A stretch of DNA of 51,405 nt from Clostridiales bacterium (GCA_022781505.1 JALETK010000103.1:1-51405), one strand, 5' to 3'; counted from the first letter of the stretch, positions 1-8,478 are shown. Notes: generated by a model from the sequence alone, not told the origin. Program-made: numbers and translations.

Positions 1-67
1 AACCCCGGAAGCCCTCAGAAGGTTTGGTTCAATGTGTATCTCTCGATGAAAAGGAGGCTGGGCGCTT

Positions 68-724
68 ATGAAACGGTATCTCAAAAAGTACGGACTTATC
101 ACATTGTTCGTCTGTTTGGTGCTTGTCATAACGGGATTGGCGATTCTGGAGAACCGGTCTGAAGTGGTAGTTCCGTCATTCGGATTTGGGGAGCATCGGG
201 GGTCGTACCGGGACAATACGGACTTGGCCTACACTCGGTGGACTTATCGGAACCATATTGGGGATTGGTATGATCACAGCAACCTGACCGATACAGCTAA
301 GGTGGAAAACATATGTGCCGGGGCGGAATTTCTGATTGACAGCTGGGAGGCATATCAACAGTATATGGCAATTGTGGAACAAAAGGATGCTTCTGCGAAA
401 AAAGCAGCAGCGGCAGCGGAGTTTTATGAGATCGATGGGATAATTTCCGAAGAGATGAAAACCTATGACGGGGAAATTGATGAGGAATTCTTTCGGGAGA
501 ACAAGCTTGCCGTGCTGGATTTTTGCTTCGAGGGCTGTTCCTACCTGCGCTCCAGGTTGAAAGAGGTTCGGACGGACGACGGTGTGGTGGAGATTTCATT
601 GGAGGTGCAATTATCCATAGCCGCAACAACGGAGCAAACCGGGCAGATTTACTGGATTCCGGTGTCGGCCTCCTGTACATCGGTAGAGAGCACCTTCCAG
701 AGAGTGCATTGGAATCGCTCTTGA
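68..724 (+). CDS. Hypothetical membrane-anchored/secreted protein (218 aa)
   Basis: AAGGAGG RBS upstream. N-terminus has basic residues plus a hydrophobic helix (MKRYLKKYGLITLFVCLVLVITGLAIL). GC is lower than in the core genes. No family confidently recognised. Confidence 0.75.
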   Translation: MKRYLKKYGLITLFVCLVLVITGLAILENRSEVVVPSFGFGEHRGSYRDNTDLAYTRWTYRNHIGDWYDHSNLTDTAKVENICAGAEFLIDSWEAYQQYMAIVEQKDASAKKAAAAAEFYEIDGIISEEMKTYDGEIDEEFFRENKLAVLDFCFEGCSYLRSRLKEVRTDDGVVEISLEVQLSIAATTEQTGQIYWIPVSASCTSVESTFQRVHWNRS

Positions 725-748
725 TGGATGCCCCTCCCAAGGGGTTAT

Positions 749-793
749 AAACGGCAGCACCGCCGGAACCGTTGGGTTTCGGCGGTGCTGTTT
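749..793. terminator. Probable bidirectional intrinsic terminator between the convergent hypothetical gene and rnpB
   Basis: Inverted repeat cagcaccgccggaacc...ggtttcggcggtgctg flanked by aaa/ttt. Confidence 0.65.
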
Positions 794-1165
794 GCGACGC
801 GGGTCTGTAAGCCGGGTTCTGTCTTGGCAGCCATCTATCTAGACCCGGGATTGCTCCCGGGTTCCAGCCACCTCTTGGGGACGGCCGGGCCAGCCTCATG
901 TCCCACACACGGTGTTGCTCCGGATAGAGTTTACAGCACCCCGATGTCTCCATGGGGCGGGTGCGCTCTTACCGCACCTTTTCACCCTTACCTCGCCGGC
1001 GCAAGCTCCATATCCTTCGCTGCGCCTCAAAGGCGGTATCTCTCTGTTGCACTTGTCCTGGGGTCACCCCCGGCGGGCGTTACCCGTTATCCTTGCCCTG
1101 CGGAGCCCGGACTTTCCTCACGGGGGGCCTTTCGGCCTCCCCCCGCGGCTGCCCGACCTGGTCGC
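794..1165 (-). ncRNA. rnpB: RNase P RNA, bacterial type A
   Basis: The minus strand carries the hallmark GAGGAAAGTCCGGGCTCC near the 5' end, AGTGCAACAGAGAGATACCGCC, GGTAAGGGTGAAAAGGTGCGGTAAGAGCGCACC, and ACAGAACCCGGCTTAC at the 3' end. P1 is formed by gcgac/gtcgc ends. Confidence 0.97.
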
Positions 1166-1171
1166 GGCTCT

Positions 1172-1200
1172 ATTGTAGCGGATTATGGGGCAATTGTCAA
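1172..1200 (-). promoter_or_regulatory. SigA promoter of rnpB
   Basis: TTGACA (1200-1195), 17 bp, TACAAT (1177-1172) on the minus strand, just upstream of the P1 5' end. Confidence 0.9.
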
Positions 1201-1216
1201 AGTATTTTCTCCGTTC

Positions 1217-1245
1217 TTGCAAACTTGGGAAAAAGGGGCTATACT
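1217..1245 (+). promoter_or_regulatory. SigA promoter of the murD-ispD-ispF operon (divergent from rnpB)
   Basis: TTGCAA (1217-1222), 17 bp, TATACT (1240-1245). Confidence 0.7.
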
Positions 1246-1329
1246 ATTATAGAGAACAGACCGGGGGACAGTATCAAGAGACTGGAATTACACGGCCCCG
1301 GTTATGGAATGACCGCCGCACCCCCGGCT

Positions 1330-1560
1330 TGTCATCCTGAGCCAAGGGCGAAGGATCTTGCGCAGGGGGGCTCCGAAATGGGGGCCGGTGCATGAGATCC
1401 TTCGGCTGCGCCTCAGGATGACAGCGGGGGGGCGGTGCGAGAGATCCTTCGGCTGCGCCTCAGGATGACAGCGGGGGGCGGGTGCATGAGATCCTTCGGC
1501 TGCGCCTCAGGATGACAGCGGGGGGGCGGTGCATGAGATCCTTCGGCTGCGCCTCGGGAG
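1330..1560. repeat. TGTC/CGTC-type REP-like array: about 3.5 tandem 47-bp units plus one inverted copy
   Basis: The core GAGATCCTTCGGCTGCGCCTCAGGATGACA starts at 1394, 1441 and 1488, with a degenerate copy at 1535 (period 47). An inverted variant TGTCATCCTGAGCCAAGGGCGAAGGATCT lies at 1330-1358. Confidence 0.9.
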
Positions 1561-1611
1561 GGCAGTGGGGGAGCGGTGTAAGGGAGTATTCCACAGAAAA
1601 GAGGATTTTCT

Positions 1612-3000
1612 ATGAAAAATGAGAGATTGGATGAAATGATCCGCCTCTGGCGGGGGAAGCGGCTGGCGGTGCTGGGGCTGGGGGTCAGCAACCGGCCTCT
1701 GGTGCGGCTTCTTCTGGCAGGGGGCTGCCGGGTGGTAGGCTGCGACAAGACCCCCCGGGAGAGCCTGGACGATGAGGTTTTGGAGCTGGAGGCCCGGGGC
1801 CTAGAGCTCCGGGTGGGCCCCGGGTATCTGGAGAACCTGGAGGCGGACGTGGTGTTCCGCACCCCGGGGATGCACCCGGACAATCCCGCGCTGGTTCGCC
1901 TCCGGGAGCAGGGGGCGGAGGTCACATCGGAGATGGAGATTTTCTTCCGGTGCTGCCCCTGCTCCATCATCGCCGTCACCGGCTCCGACGGGAAGACCAC
2001 CACCACAACCCTGATCGCCCAGATGCTGAAGGCCTCGGGATACCGGGTGCACCTGGGGGGTAACATCGGCGCACCCCTCCTGCCCCATGTGGATGAGATG
2101 GAGGGGACGGACTGGGCGGTGGTGGAGCTCAGCTCCTTCCAGCTCATGGACATGAAGCACAGCGCCCACATCGCCGTGGTCACCAACGTGGCCCCCAATC
2201 ACCTGGACGTCCACAGGGACATGGCCGAGTATGTGGAGGCCAAGAAGACCGTGTTCCGGTTCCAGCAGCCGGGGGATGTGACGGTTCTGAACCTGGACAA
2301 CGAGATCACCCGGAGCTTTGCCCCGGAGGCGGCGGGGGAGGTTCGCTTCTTCTCCCGGCAGGCCCGGCCCGGAACCGGGGTCTTCCTGGAGAACGGTGTG
2401 ATTTACCGGGCCCGGGATGGGAAGGTGACGCCGGTTCTGGAGCAGAAGGACATTCTGCTCCCGGGAATTCACAATGTGGAAAATTACATGGCGGCCATGG
2501 CCGCCCTGGAGGGTCTGGTGACCGACGAGGCCATTTGCCGGGTGGCCGGAACCTTCGGCGGGGTGGAGCACCGCATTGAGCTGGTGCGGGTGAAGGACGG
2601 CGTCCGCTTCTACAACGATTCCATCGCCTCCAGCCCCAGCCGCACCATAGCGGGCCTCCGGAGCTTCCCGGAGAAGGTGATTCTCATCGCCGGAGGCTAC
2701 GACAAGCACATCCCCTATGAGGTTCTGGGCCCGGAGATCTGCGCCCATGTGAAGCGGCTGTTTGTCACCGGCACCACCGGGGAGAAAATCCGCCGGGCAG
2801 TGGTCACCGCCCCGGAGTACCGGGAGGGGGCCCCGGAGATTGTGGCCATAGAGGACTTCGATGAGACAGTGCTTGCAGCCGCCGCCTCTGCGGAGCCGGG
2901 AGACGTGGTGCTCCTGTCCCCGGCCAGCGCGGCCTTTGACAAGTTTAAAAATTTCATGGTCCGGGGCCGGCACTTTAAGGAGCTGGTCATGGGCCTGTAA
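1612..3000 (+). CDS. murD: UDP-N-acetylmuramoyl-L-alanine--D-glutamate ligase
   Basis: VLGLGVSN N-terminus, VTGSDGKTTT P-loop, GGNIG, VELSSFQL, NHLDVH, YNDS, LLSPASAAFDKF. Confidence 0.95.
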   Translation: MKNERLDEMIRLWRGKRLAVLGLGVSNRPLVRLLLAGGCRVVGCDKTPRESLDDEVLELEARGLELRVGPGYLENLEADVVFRTPGMHPDNPALVRLREQGAEVTSEMEIFFRCCPCSIIAVTGSDGKTTTTTLIAQMLKASGYRVHLGGNIGAPLLPHVDEMEGTDWAVVELSSFQLMDMKHSAHIAVVTNVAPNHLDVHRDMAEYVEAKKTVFRFQQPGDVTVLNLDNEITRSFAPEAAGEVRFFSRQARPGTGVFLENGVIYRARDGKVTPVLEQKDILLPGIHNVENYMAAMAALEGLVTDEAICRVAGTFGGVEHRIELVRVKDGVRFYNDSIASSPSRTIAGLRSFPEKVILIAGGYDKHIPYEVLGPEICAHVKRLFVTGTTGEKIRRAVVTAPEYREGAPEIVAIEDFDETVLAAAASAEPGDVVLLSPASAAFDKFKNFMVRGRHFKELVMGL

Positions 3001-3011
3001 GGAGGCGCACA

Positions 3012-3743
3012 ATGGAGCTTGGGAAACTCAGCAATCTGGGCCGGAAGGTCATCCCCTGCAAGTCCTGCGGGGCAGTGATCGTGGCGGCGGGCAGCGCCCG
3101 GCGCATGGGCGGAGTGGATAAGATCATGGCGGAGCTGGAAGGGGAGCCCCTCATCCTCCGCACCGTCCGCGCCTTTCAGGAGACGGCGGTGATCGGAGAG
3201 ATTGTCATTGTCACAAGACCCGACCTGATTGTGCCCATCTCAGACCTGTGCCAGAGGGCAGGCCTTCACAAGGTGAGCCTGGTGGTGGCCGGGGGGGAGA
3301 CACGGCAGGCCTCTGTGAGCCAGGGCCTGGGGAGCCTCACCAAGGGCACCCAGCTGGCCGCTATCGCCGACGGGGCAAGGCCTCTGGTGTCCCCCCAGCT
3401 CATTGACCGGGTGGTGCGGGCGGCCAACACCTTCGGCGCAGCCGCCCCGGCCCTGCCGGTGAAGGACACGGTGAAGGAGGCGGCGGAGGGCTTCGTGGTG
3501 CGAACCCCCGACCGGGAGACCCTCCGGGCAATCCAGACCCCCCAGGTGTTTGACTATGACCTTCTCCGGGGCGCCCTGGAGAAGGCGGAGCGGGACAAGG
3601 CCCAGGTCACCGACGACTGCTCCGCCGTGGAGCGGCTGGGCATGAAGGTGAAGCTGGTGGAGGGGGAGGAGCGGAACTTCAAGGTCACCACCCAGCTGGA
3701 TCTGCTCCTGGCCAGAGCCATGTTACAGGAGGAAAAATCATGA
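3012..3743 (+). CDS. ispD: 2-C-methyl-D-erythritol 4-phosphate cytidylyltransferase
   Basis: [41 protein letters not shown]; adjacent to ispF. Confidence 0.95.
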   Translation: MELGKLSNLGRKVIPCKSCGAVIVAAGSARRMGGVDKIMAELEGEPLILRTVRAFQETAVIGEIVIVTRPDLIVPISDLCQRAGLHKVSLVVAGGETRQASVSQGLGSLTKGTQLAAIADGARPLVSPQLIDRVVRAANTFGAAAPALPVKDTVKEAAEGFVVRTPDRETLRAIQTPQVFDYDLLRGALEKAERDKAQVTDDCSAVERLGMKVKLVEGEERNFKVTTQLDLLLARAMLQEEKS

Positions 3744-4216
3744 GAATCGGACACGGATATGACGTTCACCGGCTGACGGCGGGCCGCCCCCTGATTCTGG
3801 GGGGCGTGGAAATCCCCTGGGACAGGGGCCTGGACGGCCACTCCGACGCGGACGTTCTGCTTCACGCGGTGATGGACGCCCTTCTGGGGGCGGCGGCCCT
3901 GGGGGACATCGGCCGGCACTTCCCGGACACGGACCCCCAGTATAAGGGGATTGACTCCCGGGTGCTTCTCCGTGCAGTGGCGGAAAAGCTCCGCCGGGCG
4001 GGCTACCGTCTGGGAAATCTGGACGTCACCCTGATTGCCCAGGCGCCGAAGCTGGCCCCCTATCTTCCCCAAATGACCGAAAACCTCCGGGCGGATTTAA
4101 ATGCCGCCCCCGGCACCGTCAACGTGAAGGCCACCACCGAGGAGCGCCTGGGCTTCACCGGGGACGGCAGCGGCATGGCCTGCCATGCCGTGTGCCTTCT
4201 GGAGGAGCTGGTATAA
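3740..4216 (+). CDS. ispF: 2-C-methyl-D-erythritol 2,4-cyclodiphosphate synthase
   Basis: [39 protein letters not shown]. Confidence 0.97.
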   Translation: MRIGHGYDVHRLTAGRPLILGGVEIPWDRGLDGHSDADVLLHAVMDALLGAAALGDIGRHFPDTDPQYKGIDSRVLLRAVAEKLRRAGYRLGNLDVTLIAQAPKLAPYLPQMTENLRADLNAAPGTVNVKATTEERLGFTGDGSGMACHAVCLLEELV

Positions 4217-4222
4217 GAAAAC

Positions 4223-4255
4223 AGGGGATTTCTCCCAGTTTCGGAGAAATCCCCT
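4223..4255. terminator. Hairpin terminator between the convergent ispF and XRE genes
   Basis: aggggatttctcc-cagtttc-ggagaaatcccct perfect stem. Confidence 0.75.
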
Positions 4256-4466
4256 ATTTATTCTGCTTTGGGTTCTGGGTCAGCCCCAGAATGTAGTCCA
4301 CGGACACGTTGTAAAACCGGGACAGGCGAATCAAAACCTCCGTGGGGATATCCCGCTGGCCCAGTTCATAGTTGCTGTACACCTGCTGGGAGCAGTTCAG
4401 GTATTCGGCAACCTGCCGCTGCTTCAGATCGTGGTCCTCCCGCAGGTCACGAATTCGCTGATACAT
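4254..4466 (-). CDS. Stand-alone XRE/Cro-CI family helix-turn-helix regulator (70 aa)
   Basis: MYQRIRDLREDHDLKQRQVAEYLNCSQQVYSNYELGQRDIP...VSVDYILG is a classic HTH_3 pattern. A GAGGTGA RBS precedes the ATG at 4466, so the longer ORF-track start is not used. Confidence 0.92.
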   Translation of the reverse strand: MYQRIRDLREDHDLKQRQVAEYLNCSQQVYSNYELGQRDIPTEVLIRLSRFYNVSVDYILGLTQNPKQNK

Positions 4467-4496
4467 GCGATCACCTCGGTACTTATGAAGATACCA

Positions 4497-4542
4497 TACC
4501 GCGATTTGTTGTGTTGACAAATACCGCAAAATGCGGTAAAAT
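4497..4542 (+). promoter_or_regulatory. Near-consensus SigA promoter with two 17-bp operator-like sites, divergent from the XRE gene
   Basis: TTGACA (4514-4519), 17 bp, TAAAAT (4537-4542). Perfect palindrome TACCGCA-AAA-TGCGGTA at 4522-4538 and a degenerate copy TACCGCG-ATT-TGTTGTG at 4497-4513. Confidence 0.75.
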
Positions 4543-4549
4543 AATTGAC

Positions 4550-4652
4550 GCTCATATACCAGGATGGGACATTCTATGGTTCCCGGAAAAGACCGCTTCC
4601 ATGTACCACCGGGGCACAGGCGCGGATGCCGGCGCATAGAAGGTATATGAGC
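4550..4652 (+). ncRNA. Candidate structured small RNA or leader downstream of the XRE-associated promoter
   Basis: It begins at the predicted +1. An 11-bp closing stem gctcatatacc/ggtatatgagc is followed by ttctatg/catagaa and inner hairpins. No RBS-supported ORF. Confidence 0.4.
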
Positions 4653-4813
4653 CGCGCCGGGAAAGAGGGCACGGAGGATAATCCCGGCCCCCCAGGGCAC
4701 GAGAGCGGAACCGGCCGGAAAAGTCCTCCGCCGGGGACAGCCGCAGCGGGCTGGCCCCGGCGTGTCCCGGAGGGGTTTCATCCCCGGCTGCCGGACAAGG
4801 CGGAAAATCAGAC

Positions 4814-4840
4814 ACACAACGAACCTCCCTGGCATAGGCT
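4814..4840 (+). promoter_or_regulatory. Possible mother-cell (SigK/SigE-type) promoter of the DUF3343-desulfurase operon
   Basis: AC (4814-4815), 17 bp, CATAGGCT (4833-4840), about 20 nt before the ATG. Confidence 0.4.
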
Positions 4841-4860
4841 GGCCAGGGAGGTTTTGTAAT

Positions 4861-5115
4861 ATGAAGGAGTATTTTATCACCTTTCGGTCCATTACCATGG
4901 CCCAAAGGGGTCAGAGCGTACTGAAGAGCGGGGGGATTCCGGCGCTTCTCAGCCGGACGCCCCGGTGGATGGAGGAGAAGGGGTGCGGCTACAGTCTGCG
5001 GCTGCCCCCGGGCCATGAGGGCGCCGCCGTGGAGCGGCTGAGGGAGGGGGGCATCCCCTTCAGCAAGCTGTATCTCCGGAGGGAGGGCGGCGACATAGAG
5101 GAGCTGAAGCCATGA
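4861..5115 (+). CDS. DUF3343-family small protein (putative S/Se carrier)
   Basis: ITFRSITMAQRG...TPR...GCGYSLRL pattern; GGAGG RBS; its stop overlaps the desulfurase start (ATGA). Confidence 0.8.
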   Translation: MKEYFITFRSITMAQRGQSVLKSGGIPALLSRTPRWMEEKGCGYSLRLPPGHEGAAVERLREGGIPFSKLYLRREGGDIEELKP

Positions 5116-6224
5116 TTTATCTGGATAACGGAGCCACCACCCTGCACAAGCCCCCGGAGGTTCGGGCCGCCGTGAACCGGGCCATGGCCCGGTACGCCAA
5201 TCCCGGACGGGGCGGGTATCCCGCGGCCATGGAGGCTGCGGGGGCGGTGTACCGGTGCAGGGAGACAGCGGCGAAGCTGTTCCGGTGCAAGCCGGAGCAG
5301 GTGGTGTTCACCATGAACTGCACCCACGGCCTCAATATGGCCATCAACACCCTGGTGATGCCGGGAGACACGGTGGTGATCTCCGGCTTTGAGCACAATG
5401 CCGTCACCCGGCCCCTCCACTTCCGGGGGGCCAGGGTGCAGGTGGCGGGCCGCAGGCTCTTTGACCCCGGGGACACCCTGGCGTGCTTTGAAAAGGCCCT
5501 GCGGGAGAGGCCCACGGCGGCGGTTTTCACCCATGTGTCCAACGTGTTTGGCTACTGCCTGCCGGTGGAGGAGCTGGCGGCCATGTGCCGGCAATACGAG
5601 GTTCCCTTCATCCTGGACGCGGCCCAGTCCGCCGGGAGCCGGGTGGTGGATTTTGAGGCCCTGGGGGCGGAATTCATTGCCATGCCCGGACACAAGGGGC
5701 TTCTGGGTCCCCAGGGCACGGGCCTGCTCCTGTGCCGCAGGCTGCCGGAGCCTCTGATGCAGGGGGGCACCGGCAGTCTGTCGGCCCAGCAGGAGATGCC
5801 GGACTTCCTCCCGGACCGGGGGGAGGCGGGCACCCAGAACGTCCCTGGCATCTGCGGCCTGGAGGCGGGGATGCGCCACGTTCTGAAGCGGGGCCCCGGG
5901 GTCATCGGACGGGGGGAGGCCCGGCAGACCCAGAGGGCCGCCCGGGGCCTGCAGAACCTGGGGCTGCGGATTTTCTGCGGCCCGGGGCAAACGGGAACCC
6001 TGTCCTTCCTGCCCCCGGACGGGGACTGCGAGGAGGCCTCCAGGCGCTTTGCCCGGCACGGCATCTGCCTCCGGGCGGGGCTCCACTGTGCCCCTCTTGC
6101 CCACGAGAGCGCGGGAACCCTGGACACAGGCACCCTGCGCCTCAGCTTCGGGCCTGACACCTCCGACGCCCAGACGGCGGCGTTTCTCCGGGCTGCCGCA
6201 GGAGTTTTTCCGGATGGGGCGTGA
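5112..6224 (+). CDS. Aminotransferase class V / cysteine desulfurase family protein
   Basis: MIYLDNGATT, EHNAV, HVSNVFG, DAAQSAG, PGHKGLLGPQGTG (PLP lysine), RAGLHCAP (catalytic Cys). Confidence 0.92.
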   Translation: MIYLDNGATTLHKPPEVRAAVNRAMARYANPGRGGYPAAMEAAGAVYRCRETAAKLFRCKPEQVVFTMNCTHGLNMAINTLVMPGDTVVISGFEHNAVTRPLHFRGARVQVAGRRLFDPGDTLACFEKALRERPTAAVFTHVSNVFGYCLPVEELAAMCRQYEVPFILDAAQSAGSRVVDFEALGAEFIAMPGHKGLLGPQGTGLLLCRRLPEPLMQGGTGSLSAQQEMPDFLPDRGEAGTQNVPGICGLEAGMRHVLKRGPGVIGRGEARQTQRAARGLQNLGLRIFCGPGQTGTLSFLPPDGDCEEASRRFARHGICLRAGLHCAPLAHESAGTLDTGTLRLSFGPDTSDAQTAAFLRAAAGVFPDGA

Positions 6225-6241
6225 TTTTTTTCGATTTTCCC

Positions 6242-6270
6242 TTGCTATTGTCCGGAGAATCCGCTATAAT
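6242..6270 (+). promoter_or_regulatory. SigA promoter of the cdaA operon
   Basis: TTGCTA (6242-6247), 17 bp, TATAAT (6265-6270). Confidence 0.75.
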
Positions 6271-6371
6271 CATAAAGATAATAGGCTTATTGTAAACAGG
6301 CAGCGCCGGCGGGCCCCATCCCTGGAAGGGAAAGACCGAAGGGGCCGCCTCTCCGGAAGGGAGTATTACGG

Positions 6372-7250
6372 ATGAAAGCAGCAATTTGGGAGTATTTCAA
6401 CGAATTTGTGCGACTCCTGAAAACCATACAGCCCGCAGATATCATTGATATTGTTCTGGTGGCCCTTCTGGTATACAAGGTCATCCAGATGATTCGCTCC
6501 ACCAGCACGGCGCGAATTGCCAAAGCCGTGGTCCTGATTCTTTTGCTGTCCTGGGCCACGGGACTTTTTGAGCTTCATGTGCTGAACTATCTCATGTCCA
6601 GGGTGCTGGATCTGGGCCTCATTGCCCTTCTGGTGCTGTTCCAGCCGGAGCTGCGGCGGGGGGTTGAGAAGATGGGCGGCGCCAGCCTGCGGGAGATCAT
6701 CAGCCCCAGGGAGCGGAACAAGGAGATCAACGATGTCATCTCCCAGACGGTCAGCGCCTGCGAGGCCATGTCCCGGGAGAGGGTGGGCGCCCTCATGGTG
6801 TTTGAGCGCAGCAGCCGTCTGGATGAGTATTTCAAAACCGGCACCATCATTGACGGAAGAGTTTCGGATCAGCTGATCCGCAACATCTTCTTCCCCAAGG
6901 CCGCCCTGCACGACGGGGCCATGGTGGTGCGGGACGGACGGGTGACGGCGGCGGGCTGCGTCCTGCCTCTGTCCGGCAACCAGCAGCTGAGCGCGGATTT
7001 GGGCACCCGGCACAGAGCCGGTGTGGGCATCAGCGAGGTCTCCGACGCGGTGGTGGTGATTGTCTCCGAGGAGACGGGCACCATCTCCGTGGCCGTGGGC
7101 GGCATGCTGAAGCGCCATCTGGCTCCACAGACTCTGGAGCGCCTGCTGCTCAACGAGCTGGCTCCCGGGGAGGACGGCAAGAAACGGGGCGCCTTGTCCG
7201 GCCTCTGGAGCAAGGTCAAGTCCGGAAAGGATGAGAGCAATGAAAAATAA
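6372..7250 (+). CDS. cdaA: Diadenylate cyclase CdaA (DacA)
   Basis: Three N-terminal TM helices, FQPELRR, HDGA and GTRHRA DAC motifs, VSEETGTIS. Confidence 0.95.
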   Translation: MKAAIWEYFNEFVRLLKTIQPADIIDIVLVALLVYKVIQMIRSTSTARIAKAVVLILLLSWATGLFELHVLNYLMSRVLDLGLIALLVLFQPELRRGVEKMGGASLREIISPRERNKEINDVISQTVSACEAMSRERVGALMVFERSSRLDEYFKTGTIIDGRVSDQLIRNIFFPKAALHDGAMVVRDGRVTAAGCVLPLSGNQQLSADLGTRHRAGVGISEVSDAVVVIVSEETGTISVAVGGMLKRHLAPQTLERLLLNELAPGEDGKKRGALSGLWSKVKSGKDESNEK

Positions 7251-8478
7251 ACTTCCTGCCATTCTCCTGTCTCTGGTGGTGGCCCTGGGCCTGTGGCTCT
7301 ATGTGGTCTCCACGGTGAGCCCGGAGTCGGAGCAGACCTATACGGGAATCCCGGTGATCTTTGAAAACGAGAGCAGCCTCCTGGACCGGAACCTGATTGT
7401 GATCTCCGGGCAGGACGCCACCGTGTCCGTGGAGCTGAACGGCAACCGCATTGACCTGGATCAGCTGAATGCCAGCAATCTCTCGGCCACGGTGGATTTA
7501 AGCAGCATCACGGAGCCGGGCCATTATGAGCGGGAATACCGGGTGTCCTATCCCTCCGGCGTCACCTCCGTGAGCGTGGTCCGGCGCATCACCGCCACGG
7601 TGTCTCTGGATGTGGCGGAGTATGCCGCCAAGGAGGTGCCCGTCCGGCTGGTGTACAGCGGCGGACTTCAGGAGAACCTGATTCTGGACGAGGACAAGGC
7701 GACCATGAGCGCGGAGACCGTCACCGTCTCCGGCCCCAGGGACGAGGTGGATCAGATCAGCTTCGCCGGTCTGGAGATTGACTGCACCGGCCTGAACGCC
7801 ACCCTGACCGGGGACTTTGTGTACACCCTGATGAACGAGAGCTCCCAGCCGGTGGATGTGCCCCATGTGCAGACGGACGTGGGAGAGATTCATCTGGTTC
7901 TGCCGGTGGAGCACATCAAAGAGGTGGAGCTGAAGGTGGAGCTGGTGGCCGGTGGCGGTGCCACGGCTGGCGACGCCAGATGCAGCGTGGAGCCCAAAAC
8001 CATCATCATCTCCGGTTCCAAGGAGGCTCTGGCGGACATTGACAGCTGGACCGTTGCCACGGTGAATCTGGGGGATGTGGATCTGAACGAAGGATACGCC
8101 AAGAATCTGGAAATCAAGCTGCCCGACAATCTGACCAACCGCTCCAACAGCGCCACGGTTCAGGTGCAGGTGACCCTGTCCGGCCTCACCACCAAGACCG
8201 TGACCCTCACGAAGGATCAGATTCAGGTGGAAAACGCGCCCAAGGGTATGGACGCCAACGTGTTCACCCAGACGCTGGATGTGATTATCCGGGGCCCCGC
8301 CGCGGAGGTATCCGCTCTGACGGCCCAGAGCATCCGGGCCACGGTGGATCTGTCCGACATGGAGGCGGGAACCTACACCAAGCCGCTGAGCTTTACCATT
8401 GACGGCGCGGGCCGGGCCGGTGTCTACGGAAAGTACTCCGTGACCGTGGGCCTGTCTCCCCAGGATACCGAGGGGTGA
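7240..8478 (+). CDS. cdaR: CdaR/YbbR-domain regulator of CdaA
   Basis: N-terminal anchor (SLVVALGLWLYV), repeated beta-rich YbbR-like units, directly downstream of cdaA. Confidence 0.88.
   Translation: MKNKLPAILLSLVVALGLWLYVVSTVSPESEQTYTGIPVIFENESSLLDRNLIVISGQDATVSVELNGNRIDLDQLNASNLSATVDLSSITEPGHYEREYRVSYPSGVTSVSVVRRITATVSLDVAEYAAKEVPVRLVYSGGLQENLILDEDKATMSAETVTVSGPRDEVDQISFAGLEIDCTGLNATLTGDFVYTLMNESSQPVDVPHVQTDVGEIHLVLPVEHIKEVELKVELVAGGGATAGDARCSVEPKTIIISGSKEALADIDSWTVATVNLGDVDLNEGYAKNLEIKLPDNLTNRSNSATVQVQVTLSGLTTKTVTLTKDQIQVENAPKGMDANVFTQTLDVIIRGPAAEVSALTAQSIRATVDLSDMEAGTYTKPLSFTIDGAGRAGVYGKYSVTVGLSPQDTEG

Noticed and set aside
728-1395. ORFs 728-1252, 912-1178 and 952-1395
   Set aside because: They lie antisense to the RNase P RNA gene, lack an RBS and have no protein-like features.
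1394-1560. CRISPR array (30-bp palindromic repeat with regular period)
   Set aside because: The 17-bp intervening segments are nearly identical rather than unique spacers and are too short. There is an inverted copy upstream and no cas genes. It fits a REP-type tandem repeat.
4467-4898. 144-aa N-terminal extension of the XRE ORF, and the plus-strand ORF 4545-4859
   Set aside because: The XRE domain starts at 4466 behind a good RBS. The extension crosses promoter/operator DNA. ORF 4545 starts upstream of the predicted +1 with no RBS and has low-complexity composition.
6276-6371. c-di-AMP (ydaO) riboswitch in the cdaA leader
   Set aside because: There is only a GC-rich hairpin (ggcgggcccc/ggggccgcc). 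The conserved ydaO sequence blocks are not visible and the leader is short.
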